Shown here one piece after another: positions 8,165 to 17,829 of a stretch of 64,000 nt of DNA. Source of the stretch: Nitrospinales bacterium (GTDB taxonomy: Bacteria > Nitrospinota > Nitrospinia > Nitrospinales > VA-1). Numbering within the stretch: position 1 is the stretch's first letter; each line of letters opens with the position of its first letter. The position numbers and the translations under genes were made by a program. The notes under the pieces were generated by a model. That model was not told where the DNA came from and did not search any database. It worked only from the letters and a program-made list of their open reading frames with translations. The stretch lies in contig CBDCXL010000002.1 in assembly GCA_965223795.1 (NCBI GenBank), positions 1 through 64,000 on the forward strand, given 5' to 3'.

Positions 8165-8444
8165 CCTGAGAAGAAACTACACGCACCGACACATATCAGA
8201 ACCGATTCTTTACCTGTAACCTGTCGATATTTCGACATTTTTTCAAAGCTCCGTCAAAAAATTCCCGCTTTCAAAAGAGGATGTCGCAGCGCTTCCTCAA
8301 GAGCCGCGGCGGGAACCGCATCCTCCGCACCACGCTTTAAGACACTTCCGACTCTCCACTTTTCCAGCCACCTCGTTGTTGCCTCCCGCGCCGCTTTGCA
8401 TTAATTTGTCCTGAAGAAGCGAATCCCTTGCAGCTGGTGGGCGC

Positions 8445-8822
8445 ATGCAATCCAACCGGACCCCATTTTCAATCGGCCTCGTTCTGCTCGCGAGTGTGCT
8501 GTGGGCGGGGACTGTCCACGCCGAAACGTTTGCAAGCGATGTGATGATCCACCGGGACATGATCTATAAAAGCCTGATCATCACCAGCGAAGAGGACCTG
8601 CGCTACTACGCCAAGGACAGCAAGAAAGAGAAGGTCTGGGACGAGTACCTCGGGTTCGAGGCTTTGCTCAACACGATCGCCGGTTTGAAAAAGCGCGACC
8701 CGCTCTATCCGCGCAAGCGCGAGCAAATGTTCCGCGCCATCCGCGCCTTCGTGGGCAAAGCGCCGCCGCAGGAATGGACGGACCGTCTGCTCCGGGCGTA
8801 CAAAGACATCGAGCCTTATTAG
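8445..8822 (+). CDS. Hypothetical secreted protein
   Basis: Signal peptide ending VHA; host-like codon usage. Confidence 0.7.
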   Translation: MQSNRTPFSIGLVLLASVLWAGTVHAETFASDVMIHRDMIYKSLIITSEEDLRYYAKDSKKEKVWDEYLGFEALLNTIAGLKKRDPLYPRKREQMFRAIRAFVGKAPPQEWTDRLLRAYKDIEPY

Positions 8823-8927
8823 AGTAAGGGGTTCAGATACAATGCGGCTCCCGTACCGAAAGCCGATCGCTCTATATGAGCGCCGAATCGGTCATTACGG
8901 GAACGGACGGAATGCGTGGAGTACGGG

Positions 8928-9122
8928 TCAGGCGTAAAAACGGCGGCTGACAGGAATATGCTCTCTGCTGGAAGCCGGGCTGCCGTGTTCGAAGCGTTTT
9001 TTGAGTTCGAGGAGCTTTCTCTGGCTGGTGAAGTACCCTGTGTCGATCTCGCCGCGTTGCGCGGCGCGGTGGATGACGTTGTGCACCCAGGTTTCGATGT
9101 TGGTTTTCGTGGAATCCGCCAT
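8928..9122 (-). CDS. 64-aa hypothetical protein (MADSTKTNIETW...)
   Basis: SD AGGAGGT before ATG 9122; sigma54 motif upstream. Confidence 0.65.
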   Translation of the reverse strand: MADSTKTNIETWVHNVIHRAAQRGEIDTGYFTSQRKLLELKKRFEHGSPASSREHIPVSRRFYA

Positions 9123-9167
9123 GAGACACCTCCTGTGATTCGCTGCTGGTTTCTGAATATGGCTTAA

Positions 9168-9183
9168 AGCAATGCCCGTACCA
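9168..9183 (-). promoter_or_regulatory. sigma54 -24/-12 motif
   Basis: TGGTACGGGCATTGCT. Confidence 0.65.
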
Positions 9184-9319
9184 ACGGGGAAGGGAACCGA
9201 TACCACTTTATTCTCAAAGATTTATAATAGAAACCCGGTCATGCGGCGGTGCCGGGGGACGCTTTTAGCTGGGGCACCTTGTGGAATTCTGCCCAATTAT
9301 GCGGCAGGTTGGCGGCCGG

Positions 9320-9415
9320 TCAGGAATTGGTCGCCAGGAGATAGAGACACCACATCACGTAGATCAAGCCGGTGACGTCGAAATAAAAGCTCTGGCGTTT
9401 GAGTGGCTGCTGCAT
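9320..9415 (-). CDS. 31-aa micropeptide MQQPLKRQSFYFDVTGLIYVMWCLYLLATNS (paralogue of 8075-8164)
   Basis: Hand-translated; GAGGT SD; shared motif. Confidence 0.7.
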   Translation of the reverse strand: MQQPLKRQSFYFDVTGLIYVMWCLYLLATNS

Positions 9416-9594
9416 GTCTCTACCTCGAATCGATCGCCGGGGAATCGCGGGGAAGCCCCTTCCCTTTTTATAAGGGCAATTCTCTCGGCGTGTGAATCAT
9501 GAAACCCAATGTACGTTATTTTTTAAAATGCAAAAGGGAGTGCGGACACAAAATTTTGTGATCTACCTGACATTCTTAGCGGTGGTTTTTATAC

Positions 9595-9622
9595 AAAAAA
9601 AACCCGGACGGGTTCGTCCGGG
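9595..9622 (-). terminator. Intrinsic terminator after the peptidase gene
   Basis: 8-bp stem CCCGGACG/CGTCCGGG plus T8 on the minus strand. Confidence 0.7.
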
Positions 9623-9712
9623 CTGGTTTGCGCTGTCAGACAATGAATTCGGGGGAAACGCGGGGGGCTCGAACCTGGAAACGGGCCTTGCTGATTTTCG
9701 GTGGCGGCGCTT

Positions 9713-10243
9713 TCAGCCTTCGATTTCCTCGAAGATCTCCTTGATCTCTTTTCCTTTCAGGGTTTCTTTTTTCAAAAGCTCGGACGCCAGGGCGCGGATG
9801 GCTCTCCAGTTGCCGTTCTTGGTGACCAGATCCTTCGCCCGGTAGCTCATCCATTTCAGGAACAGGTCGGCGCCGGCACCGTCGCCGCCGATGAGATTGG
9901 CGGAATAGGACGCGTGCTTGAAATCCCCCCAGGCGCTGTCGTGGTTGGTTCTGCCCGCGAACCGGCGTTCGGCTTCGGGACCGGCCAAAGAAATGAGAAT
10001 GTCGTTCTCAAAGCTGATGCGCGTGCGCATGGAGTTGCTGTTCCTGCCGTCGTTCTTGATCACGTTGTTGTGGTGAACGTATCCCAGGCTATCCGCGTCC
10101 GGCTTGATGGTGACGGAACGGATTCCCACTCCGAGTTTCCAGCAGGCAAAGGCATGGCCGGCTTCGTGATAGGCGATGGCCTTCAACTGTTTGGTAGGAT
10201 TTTTGACTTTCGTGGATTTTTTCTTCGTGGATCTTTTCTTCAT
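9713..10243 (-). CDS. Stand-alone FtsH/M41-like zinc peptidase domain
   Basis: AYHEAGHA, LAGPEAE and downstream GDF; no AAA or TM domain. Confidence 0.8.
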   Translation of the reverse strand: MKKRSTKKKSTKVKNPTKQLKAIAYHEAGHAFACWKLGVGIRSVTIKPDADSLGYVHHNNVIKNDGRNSNSMRTRISFENDILISLAGPEAERRFAGRTNHDSAWGDFKHASYSANLIGGDGAGADLFLKWMSYRAKDLVTKNGNWRAIRALASELLKKETLKGKEIKEIFEEIEG

Positions 10244-10969
10244 CGAAACCTTTCCTCGGGAGCGGGATCATATCATTCATTCGTTTTGTTTTGCTTTGCC
10301 TTACGATCCCGGTGACCGCCGGAATGGGGGGCCGGCCGCCCAGCATCGGAGCCTGAACCGCATGCATCCAAAGGATCTCCAGACAATTCTATCATCTTCG
10401 CGGAGCGGTCAGCATTCCTCGATCGGGGGGATTTTCCGTTATCGCTGACCGGATATTTTTTTAGGCAATGCGAACGGAACAACACCCGGCGATTTCTCAA
10501 TGACATACCTGTCCGGCTCCGGCGTCTGCGGCAAAGCGAAACCCCGATTCGGCCCTCCCGTTGAAACGGATTTCTATTGTATTTTCAATGATTTAGAAAA
10601 TCGGACTCGAAATGAGGGAAAAATTCCCGGCGGCTGAAAATTTCTTCATTTTTTTTTCATTCCACCCCGCCGGTGCGGCTGCCGGATTCGACCGGAATCG
10701 CAGGCCCCTCTTTTTGCTTGGGTTTTCAGTCCTAAAGGGCGGGACCGGCGGAACCCCGGAAAATTTCCGGGTGAAGGAAGGAGGAGAGAACGGGGCAATC
10801 GATCCCTCTGGGATTTCGGCATTCCGGGATCGTTTCCCGCCATACCGGACCAAGATGCGGATTTTCAACTGTTTTTCAATTAACCACGGAGAATCTCCCT
10901 CCCCGCCCGTCTTCGTCTCGGTGACGGATCGGGGCGGAATCGGAAGCCGCGGCCTGCCGGAGCCCCCCG

Positions 10970-11527
10970 TCAGCTTTTGTCGAGCCGGGTGAAGCGGGAA
11001 CCGTCCAGATCCGGAGCGTGCATCCGGCCCTTCTGATCGAGAATGAAACCGACGATGGGATGTCCCGCGGTGTCCGGATCGAGCGCGCCGCCGCCGTTTG
11101 CGATGACGGCGACGACCGAGCCGTCGACGCCGGCTTTCCAGCCGCCGTTGGCACGGAAACGCTTCAGGGCCTTCTCCTGCTGAAACACCAGGATGAAGGT
11201 TTTCGCCTGCGTCCCCAGCTCGTAGCCCATGGACGCCGCGAGGGTGTTGTAATAGTCCACGGTTTTGCCCTGCACGCGCAGCGCGCCCTCGCCGTACTCG
11301 CCGCCGATGCCGAATCCAGCGCGGTGCAGGGCGGGAAAGACCAGCACGCCTTCGGCTCCCTGCAGCAGGCGGGCACCGCCGCCGACTTCGCTCTCAAACC
11401 GCTTGAGCGCCGCATCGACCTGGTTTTCGATTTCCTTTGTGTCTCCGGCCAGGGCCGGAGTGACCAGCAGGATGAGAAGCACCGCGGCCCCGCACAACCC
11501 GCCGCACCGTGTACGCATGCGATTCAT
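10970..11527 (-). CDS. Ysc84/SYLF-domain secreted protein
   Basis: Signal peptide; GVLVFP..AGFGIGGEYGEG..ASMG. Confidence 0.85.
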   Translation of the reverse strand: MNRMRTRCGGLCGAAVLLILLVTPALAGDTKEIENQVDAALKRFESEVGGGARLLQGAEGVLVFPALHRAGFGIGGEYGEGALRVQGKTVDYYNTLAASMGYELGTQAKTFILVFQQEKALKRFRANGGWKAGVDGSVVAVIANGGGALDPDTAGHPIVGFILDQKGRMHAPDLDGSRFTRLDKS

Positions 11528-11571
11528 GGGATAACCCTCCAGTTTGCAATGGTTTGTCCTGCTTAAGACAG

Positions 11572-11587
11572 AGCAAGACGCATACCA
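11572..11587 (-). promoter_or_regulatory. sigma54 -24/-12 motif
   Basis: TGGTATGCGTCTTGCT, 45 nt upstream of the Ysc84 gene. Confidence 0.65.
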
Positions 11588-11885
11588 TTTATAACCCTTT
11601 GATTTTTAAAGGGTTTATAGAACAGTCCGCGACGCGTCTGCGTCGTTTTTTACGATAATTCAGACATATTTGATAAAAATATAGCCATTTCCCGCTTGCT
11701 TATCCACAGGCAATAATGTGACATAGGTGGCATGCAGCGCTCCCGCCCGCTTCGGCGGGATCGCCATAAGTACCCAAAGTATCAACTATTTAGCCTAAAC
11801 AATCCGAAAGGGATAGCTTATAATTAAAGAGAGGACGGGCCGGGCGACCCGCCCTGTTCCTCGTTTCTTGTCTGGAGGTGGCCGC

Positions 11886-12752
11886 ATGCAGATTCTGTAT
11901 CCCTTCGCCAAGCGTTTCATCGCGGGCGAGGATCTGAAAACCGCGATGAGGGCGATCAAACGCATTCATCGCGCGGGATTCCTGTGCTCGCTGGACATCC
12001 TGGGAGAAAACGTCACCAATCCGGCGCAGGTCGAAACGGCAAAGAACGAATACCTGGAGCTGGTGCGGGAGTTTGCGGACAGCCCGGTGCCGATGGATTT
12101 TTCCGTCAAGCTGACGCAGCTCGGCCTGGACATCGACGCGGCCCTGTGCCGCAAAAACCTGGAGGAGATCGCCGCCGCCGCGGGCAGCCACACGGTGCGC
12201 CTGGACATGGAAGGCTCGCCGCACACGGAGCGCACGCTGGAAATGTGCCATCAGGTGCATCCGCAGTTTCCCAATCTCGGGCAGGCGGTGCAGGCGTACC
12301 TGTTCCGCACGCAGGCGGACCTGGAAAAGCTGATCGAAAACAACATCTCGGTGCGTCTGTGCAAGGGGGCCTACAAGGAACCGGAGTCGATCGCCCACAC
12401 GTCGATGGACGCCATTCGGGAGAACTTTCTCAAGCAGGCGCACCTTCTGCTCAAGGAAGGCAACCAGCCGGCCATCGCCACGCACGACGAGTACCTGCTG
12501 GAAAAGATCCTGGCGTTCATCGAGAAGGAAAACATCGACCCGCAGTCGTTTTATTTCGAAATGCTGTACGGCGTCGGCCGGGACCTGCAGAAGATCCTGC
12601 TCAAAAGAGGCTACAAAGTGCGGGTGTACACGCCGTTCGGCAGCTCCTGGCTGCCGTACACGCTGCGCCGCCTGGCCGAAAAGAAGGAAAACATCCTGTT
12701 CGTGGTGAAAAACCTGTTCAAGGAAACGTTCGGACTCAGAAAACTGAAATAA
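11886..12752 (+). CDS. Monofunctional proline dehydrogenase
   Basis: RFIAGE, LDILGE, SVKLTQLG, RLCKGAY, IATHD, Y..RRLAE. Confidence 0.92.
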   Translation: MQILYPFAKRFIAGEDLKTAMRAIKRIHRAGFLCSLDILGENVTNPAQVETAKNEYLELVREFADSPVPMDFSVKLTQLGLDIDAALCRKNLEEIAAAAGSHTVRLDMEGSPHTERTLEMCHQVHPQFPNLGQAVQAYLFRTQADLEKLIENNISVRLCKGAYKEPESIAHTSMDAIRENFLKQAHLLLKEGNQPAIATHDEYLLEKILAFIEKENIDPQSFYFEMLYGVGRDLQKILLKRGYKVRVYTPFGSSWLPYTLRRLAEKKENILFVVKNLFKETFGLRKLK

Positions 12753-12758
12753 AGAACC

Positions 12759-14063
12759 ATGCTCAGCCCCATGATCGACAACCCGGCCAGACCGGTTGGC
12801 ACCGTAAAGCCGGTGAAGACCCTGAACCTCACGCTGCTGACCACGTCGTTTCCCCGTTTCGAGGGGGATTTCGCGGGCTCGTTCGTGCACAAATACGCGC
12901 GCGAGCTGGCGCGCGCGGGCTGCCGGGTGCGGGTCATCGCGCCGCACGACGTGGAAGTCGCGGACGCGGGCGACGCCGACAACATCGAGCGCACCCATTT
13001 CCGCTACCTGTTGCCGGCGCGATGGCAGGCTCTCGCCTACGGCGCGGGGATGATCCCCCGGATACGCCACAATCCTTTGCGCCTATTGCAGCTGCCGCTG
13101 TTTCTGGCTTCGTTTTTCGTTTCGGCGCTGAAAGCCGCAAAATCGACCGACGTGTTCCAGACCTTCTGGTCGCTGAGCGCCGTGGTGGCGCTGGCGGTCA
13201 AGGCGGTCACGGGCAAGCCCGTGGTGGTGCGCCTGACAGGCGCGGACATCCATTTTCTGCGCCTGCGCGGGGTCGCGCCGCTGTTCGCCCGGCTGCTGAA
13301 CACCGCCGACGGCATCGTCTGCCAAAGCCAACAGTTCAAGCAGGAACTGGCCGAAGCGGGCGTGCGGGCGGACCGCATCACGATCCTGACCAACGGCATC
13401 GAGCTGGAGCGCTTCCACGCCCACGACAAGAGCGAAGCGCGGCGCAGGCTGGGCCTGCCGCAAGCAGCGCCGCTGGTGCTCACGGTGGGGCGGCTGTCCC
13501 CTTCCAAGGGGCACGCGCACCTGCTCAAGGCTGCCGCCGCGATCCGCGAGCGCGTTGCCGATGCGGTGTTCGTGCTGGTGGGCGATGGCGACCTGCGTGC
13601 GGAACTCGAATCGCAAGCAGCGGCTCTGGGTCTGGACGGCGCGGTGATGTTCGCGGGATCGCAGAAGCAGTCGGAAATCCCCCTCTGGCTGAGCGCGGCG
13701 GATGTGTTCGCGCTGCCCAGCCTGCTCGACGGCTCGCCCAACATCCTGCTGGAAGCGATGGCCTGCGGGCTGCCGATCGTGGCGACGACGGTGGGCGGCA
13801 TTCCGGAGATGATCACCGACGGGCACGACGGCCTGCTGATCGCACCCGGCTCCTCCGAGGCGCTGGCGCGCAAACTCACCGACCTGCTGGAGGACCCGGT
13901 GCACCGCAAGCTGCTGAGCGACAACGCCGGGGAAACGGTGCGCACGCAATACGGCACCTGGCAGGCGCAGACGGCGCGGCTCGTGCAGATCTATAAAAAG
14001 CGGATCCAGGCGGGCGCGCCCTCCCCCGCCGCCAGACCGGAAAACAGAAAAACGGTTCACTGA
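12759..14063 (+). CDS. GT4 glycosyltransferase
   Basis: VGRL..KG, D(E)GSPNILLEAMACG. Confidence 0.9.
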   Translation: MLSPMIDNPARPVGTVKPVKTLNLTLLTTSFPRFEGDFAGSFVHKYARELARAGCRVRVIAPHDVEVADAGDADNIERTHFRYLLPARWQALAYGAGMIPRIRHNPLRLLQLPLFLASFFVSALKAAKSTDVFQTFWSLSAVVALAVKAVTGKPVVVRLTGADIHFLRLRGVAPLFARLLNTADGIVCQSQQFKQELAEAGVRADRITILTNGIELERFHAHDKSEARRRLGLPQAAPLVLTVGRLSPSKGHAHLLKAAAAIRERVADAVFVLVGDGDLRAELESQAAALGLDGAVMFAGSQKQSEIPLWLSAADVFALPSLLDGSPNILLEAMACGLPIVATTVGGIPEMITDGHDGLLIAPGSSEALARKLTDLLEDPVHRKLLSDNAGETVRTQYGTWQAQTARLVQIYKKRIQAGAPSPAARPENRKTVH

Positions 14064-14087
14064 TCCCCCGCAACCCGGACCCAGGCC

Positions 14088-16055
14088 ATGTGCGGAATCG
14101 CAGGTTTCATCCATCCCCAACAGACCGAAGCGCTGGAGCACCTCAGGCGCATGGGCGGCAGGCTGACCCACCGCGGGCCGGACGATTCCGGCGAATGGCA
14201 CGACCCGGAATCCGGCGTCGGGCTGGCGCACCGGCGGCTGGCGATTCAGGACGTCAGCGAACAGGGGCACCAGCCGATGGTGTCGGCCAGCGGCCGCTAC
14301 GTGATCGTCTACAACGGCGAGGTCTACAATTTTCAGGAAATCCGCCGCCGGCTGGAGGAAGCCACCACGGGAACCGGCTACCCGGTCACCTGGCGCGGCC
14401 ATTCGGACACGGAGGTGATCCTGGAAGCCATCGAGCAGTGGGGGCTTCTCGGCGTCATCCACCAGTTCGTCGGCATGTTCGCTTTCGCGCTGTGGGACAA
14501 GGTGGAAGGACGCCTGCACCTGGTGCGCGACCGCATCGGCATCAAGCCTTTGTACTACGGCTGGCAGAACGGGGCGTTCGTGTTCGGCTCGGAACTCAAG
14601 GCGCTGCGGGAATTCCCCGGATTCGAGAACCGGGTGAACCGCGACGCGCTGGCGCTTTTGATGCGGCACAACTACATCCCGGCGCCGCATTCGATCTACG
14701 AGGGCATCCACAAACTGCTGCCGGGCACGGTGCTGACGGTGAACCCGATGGCGCGCGGCACCCTGCCGCCGCCGGAGCCGTACTGGTCGTTGAAGCAGGT
14801 GGCCCGGCAGGGACTGGAAAACCGTTTCCAGGGAACGGACACGGAGGCGGTGGATCAACTGGAAGCGCTGCTCAAAGAAGCGGTCGAGCTGCGCATGATC
14901 GCCGACGTGCCGCTGGGCGCGTTTTTATCGGGCGGCATCGACTCGTCGCTGGTGGTGGCGCTGATGCAGGCGCAGAGCGAGCGGCCGGTCAAGACGTTCA
15001 GCATCGGCTTCGGCGAAGCGGACTACAACGAAGCGGTGTACGCGAAGGCGGTGGCGAAGCATCTGGGCACGGACCACACGGAATTGTACGTCTCGCCGGA
15101 GATGGCGCTCAAGGTCGTGCCGCTGCTGCCGGAACTGTACGATGAGCCGTTCGCCGACTCGTCGCAGATCCCGACGTTTCTGGTCTCGCAGCTCACGCGC
15201 GGCCATGTGACGGTGAGCCTGTCCGGCGACGGCGGCGACGAGCTGTTCGCGGGATACAACCGCTATTTCCTCGGCCGCAAGCTGCGCGCCACCGCGGGAC
15301 GGCTGCCGCTTCCGCTGCGCGCGTTCCTGGCGGAGAAGATCGGCGCGGTGCAGCCGGACACCTGGAACCGGCTGGCGCAACGCTGGATCGGACGGCTGGC
15401 GCCGCGCTGGCGGCAGGCGAAACCGGGCTACCTGATGCGCAAGCTGGCGGATTTTCTGCCGTTCGAGGGCTGGGAATCGTTCTACGAGAGGCTGGTCTCG
15501 CTGTGGAACGAGCCGGAGAAGCTGGTGATCGGCGCGGTGGAGCCGCCGACGGTGTTCAACCAGAAGATCCCCTGGGAGCGGCGGCCGGACTTCATCCACT
15601 GGATGCTGTTTCTCGACACGCTGAGCAGCCTGCCCGAGGACATCCTGACCAAAGTGGACCGCGCCAGCATGGCGGTGGGCCTGGAGGCGCGCGTGCCGCT
15701 TCTCGATCACCGCGTGGCGGAGTTCGCCTGGCGGCTGCCGCTGGAATGGAAGGTGCGCCACGGCGAGGGCAAATGGATTTTAAAACAGGTCCTGCACCGG
15801 CACCTGCCGCGGCAATTGGTGGACCGGCCGAAGATGGGCTTCGGCGTGCCTGTCGGCGAGTGGCTCAAGGGGCCGCTCAAGGACTGGGCTGAGGACCTGC
15901 TGGATGCATCCCGCATGCGCGGCGAGGGCTACCTCGACCCCGGCCCGGTGCGCGCGCTGTGGCAGGAACACAAAGACGGACGCTGCAACTGGCAGTACCA
16001 GCTGTGGAACGTGCTGATGTTTCAAAGCTGGCTGCGGCACGGAGGCGGCGGATGA
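14088..16055 (+). CDS. asnB: Asparagine synthase (glutamine-hydrolysing)-like amidotransferase
   Basis: MCGIAG, HRGPD, LSGGIDSS, SGDGGDELF. Confidence 0.95.
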   Translation: MCGIAGFIHPQQTEALEHLRRMGGRLTHRGPDDSGEWHDPESGVGLAHRRLAIQDVSEQGHQPMVSASGRYVIVYNGEVYNFQEIRRRLEEATTGTGYPVTWRGHSDTEVILEAIEQWGLLGVIHQFVGMFAFALWDKVEGRLHLVRDRIGIKPLYYGWQNGAFVFGSELKALREFPGFENRVNRDALALLMRHNYIPAPHSIYEGIHKLLPGTVLTVNPMARGTLPPPEPYWSLKQVARQGLENRFQGTDTEAVDQLEALLKEAVELRMIADVPLGAFLSGGIDSSLVVALMQAQSERPVKTFSIGFGEADYNEAVYAKAVAKHLGTDHTELYVSPEMALKVVPLLPELYDEPFADSSQIPTFLVSQLTRGHVTVSLSGDGGDELFAGYNRYFLGRKLRATAGRLPLPLRAFLAEKIGAVQPDTWNRLAQRWIGRLAPRWRQAKPGYLMRKLADFLPFEGWESFYERLVSLWNEPEKLVIGAVEPPTVFNQKIPWERRPDFIHWMLFLDTLSSLPEDILTKVDRASMAVGLEARVPLLDHRVAEFAWRLPLEWKVRHGEGKWILKQVLHRHLPRQLVDRPKMGFGVPVGEWLKGPLKDWAEDLLDASRMRGEGYLDPGPVRALWQEHKDGRCNWQYQLWNVLMFQSWLRHGGGG

Positions 16056-17212
16056 TGTATGCCAAGATCCTGACAGTCTATTACAAGCACAAGCCGGGCG
16101 GCTTCTGCAAGCGGCTGCGCATGAAGATCGAAGCCTGCCTTGAGCGCGGCTGGCGCGTGCACTACGTCGCGGTGGAGCCGTATCCCTACACGCACGAAAA
16201 TCTGGTGCCGCACATTTTGTGGACGCCGTTCACCCGGCACGACTCCATCGCGTTCTGGATCTATTTTTTCCTCACCATCCCGTTTTTCATTCTGTGGGTG
16301 GCCTGGCAGCTCAGGCCGGACCTGATCTCGGTGTTTTCGCCGCTGTACGCCTGCCTGTGCGGCCCGGCGAAAAAGATCTGCAACATCCCGATGCTCACGT
16401 TCGTCCGCTCGCTGCCCTACCGCAGCACGGACTTCGCCTACCGCGGGTCACCGTTCGCGGCGCTGTTCGAGCGGGCGCTGGACCGTTTCGGGATCGCATT
16501 TTCCGACCGGCTGCTGGCCAACTCGGAAACGGTGAAGGCGGAGATGCTGCGCAGGCACCGGCGGGCGGCGGCGAAAATCGGCGTGCTGACCAACCACATC
16601 GAGCCGGTGGACTTCGACCGGGACGTGCAGAAACGGGAACTGGCGGAAGCGTTTTCACTCAACCGGCAGGCGTTCGTGATCGCCACGTCGGGAATTCTGC
16701 AACAGCAGAAAAACCAGGACGTGCTGCTCAAGGCGTTCGCCGAGGCCGCCGTTCCCCATTCGGTGCTGCTGCTCATCGGCGACGGCGAGGCGAAGGAAGA
16801 ACTCAAAAAACTGGCAGAGGAACTGGGTGTGGCGAAACGCGCGGTGTTCACCGGCTGGCGCGACGACGTGGCCGATCTGCTGCAAGGGGCGGACCTGTTC
16901 GTGTTCGCCTCGGCGCAGGAGGGCATGTCGAACTCCCTGCTGGAAGCGCTGGCGGCGGACCTGCCCTGCCTGGTCAGCAACACGCCGGAAAACCGGGAGG
17001 TGCTGCTGAACCCGGAGCAATATTTTTCTCCCGCTTCGCCGGAAACGCTGGCAAAAAAGATCCGCCTTGCGGCCGAAGACAGCGCTCATCACGAAAGGCT
17101 GCGCGCCGCGACGCGGACGGACCGGGAACGATTCGTGTTCGACTGGGCCGCCGCCGTGACCGCCGAGATGGAAGCGCTGCTGGCAAAGCCTCCCCAAAGC
17201 GGGACAGGATAA
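16052..17212 (+). CDS. GT4 glycosyltransferase
   Basis: ATGA overlap with asnB; EGMSNSLLEALA. Confidence 0.88.
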   Translation: MMYAKILTVYYKHKPGGFCKRLRMKIEACLERGWRVHYVAVEPYPYTHENLVPHILWTPFTRHDSIAFWIYFFLTIPFFILWVAWQLRPDLISVFSPLYACLCGPAKKICNIPMLTFVRSLPYRSTDFAYRGSPFAALFERALDRFGIAFSDRLLANSETVKAEMLRRHRRAAAKIGVLTNHIEPVDFDRDVQKRELAEAFSLNRQAFVIATSGILQQQKNQDVLLKAFAEAAVPHSVLLLIGDGEAKEELKKLAEELGVAKRAVFTGWRDDVADLLQGADLFVFASAQEGMSNSLLEALAADLPCLVSNTPENREVLLNPEQYFSPASPETLAKKIRLAAEDSAHHERLRAATRTDRERFVFDWAAAVTAEMEALLAKPPQSGTG

Positions 17213-17218
17213 CGGCGC

Positions 17219-17608
17219 GTGCTGGAATCGCTGAAAAGCTGGGCGCGGCGTCTCAGAAATGATTGCATGGTTTTGTACCGCGCCTCCAAAGACCCGGACA
17301 CGCCCTGGTTCGCCAAAGCGTTCATCGTTCTGGTCGTGGCGTATGCCTTGAGCCCGATCGATCTGATCCCGGACTTCATTCCCATCCTCGGTTACCTGGA
17401 CGATCTGATTCTCATCCCGCTTGGAATTTATATCGGCATGAAGCTGATTCCCGCCGAAGTGCTGGAAAAACACAGAAGGGAACAAGCCCTGTCTTCAGAG
17501 GAAACGCAAAAGATCGGCGCATTCGGGGCGAAAATGGTTTTCGTCACGTGGATATTTTTGCTGCTCCTGTTCATTTTCCTGATGAGTCGATTTCTGATTC
17601 GTGAATAG
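17219..17608 (+). CDS. DUF1232/YkvA-family membrane protein
   Basis: YALSPIDLIPDFIPILGYLDD. Confidence 0.9.
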   Translation: MLESLKSWARRLRNDCMVLYRASKDPDTPWFAKAFIVLVVAYALSPIDLIPDFIPILGYLDDLILIPLGIYIGMKLIPAEVLEKHRREQALSSEETQKIGAFGAKMVFVTWIFLLLLFIFLMSRFLIRE

Positions 17609-17829
17609 CTCGCTGTGGATCGCCATTCCCCCGCCCGTGCCACTTTTTTAAGCTCTGCAATTTGCCGTGGCATCGGCAGCGGCAGATGTGTTACAACGTA
17701 TCCGTTTAACTTCACGCTATTTTTAAAGGAACTTTTACTAACTCGATATTTTTCCGGCAGGCAACTCGCGGCCTCTTATTTCATAAGGGCGCTCGTGGTC
17801 AAACTCAATTTTTGAAGCGCCCATAAGGA

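Noticed and set aside
10273..10992. Short ORFs and a possible riboswitch upstream of the peptidase
   Set aside because: No credible SD or codon bias; hairpins match no aptamer consensus I know
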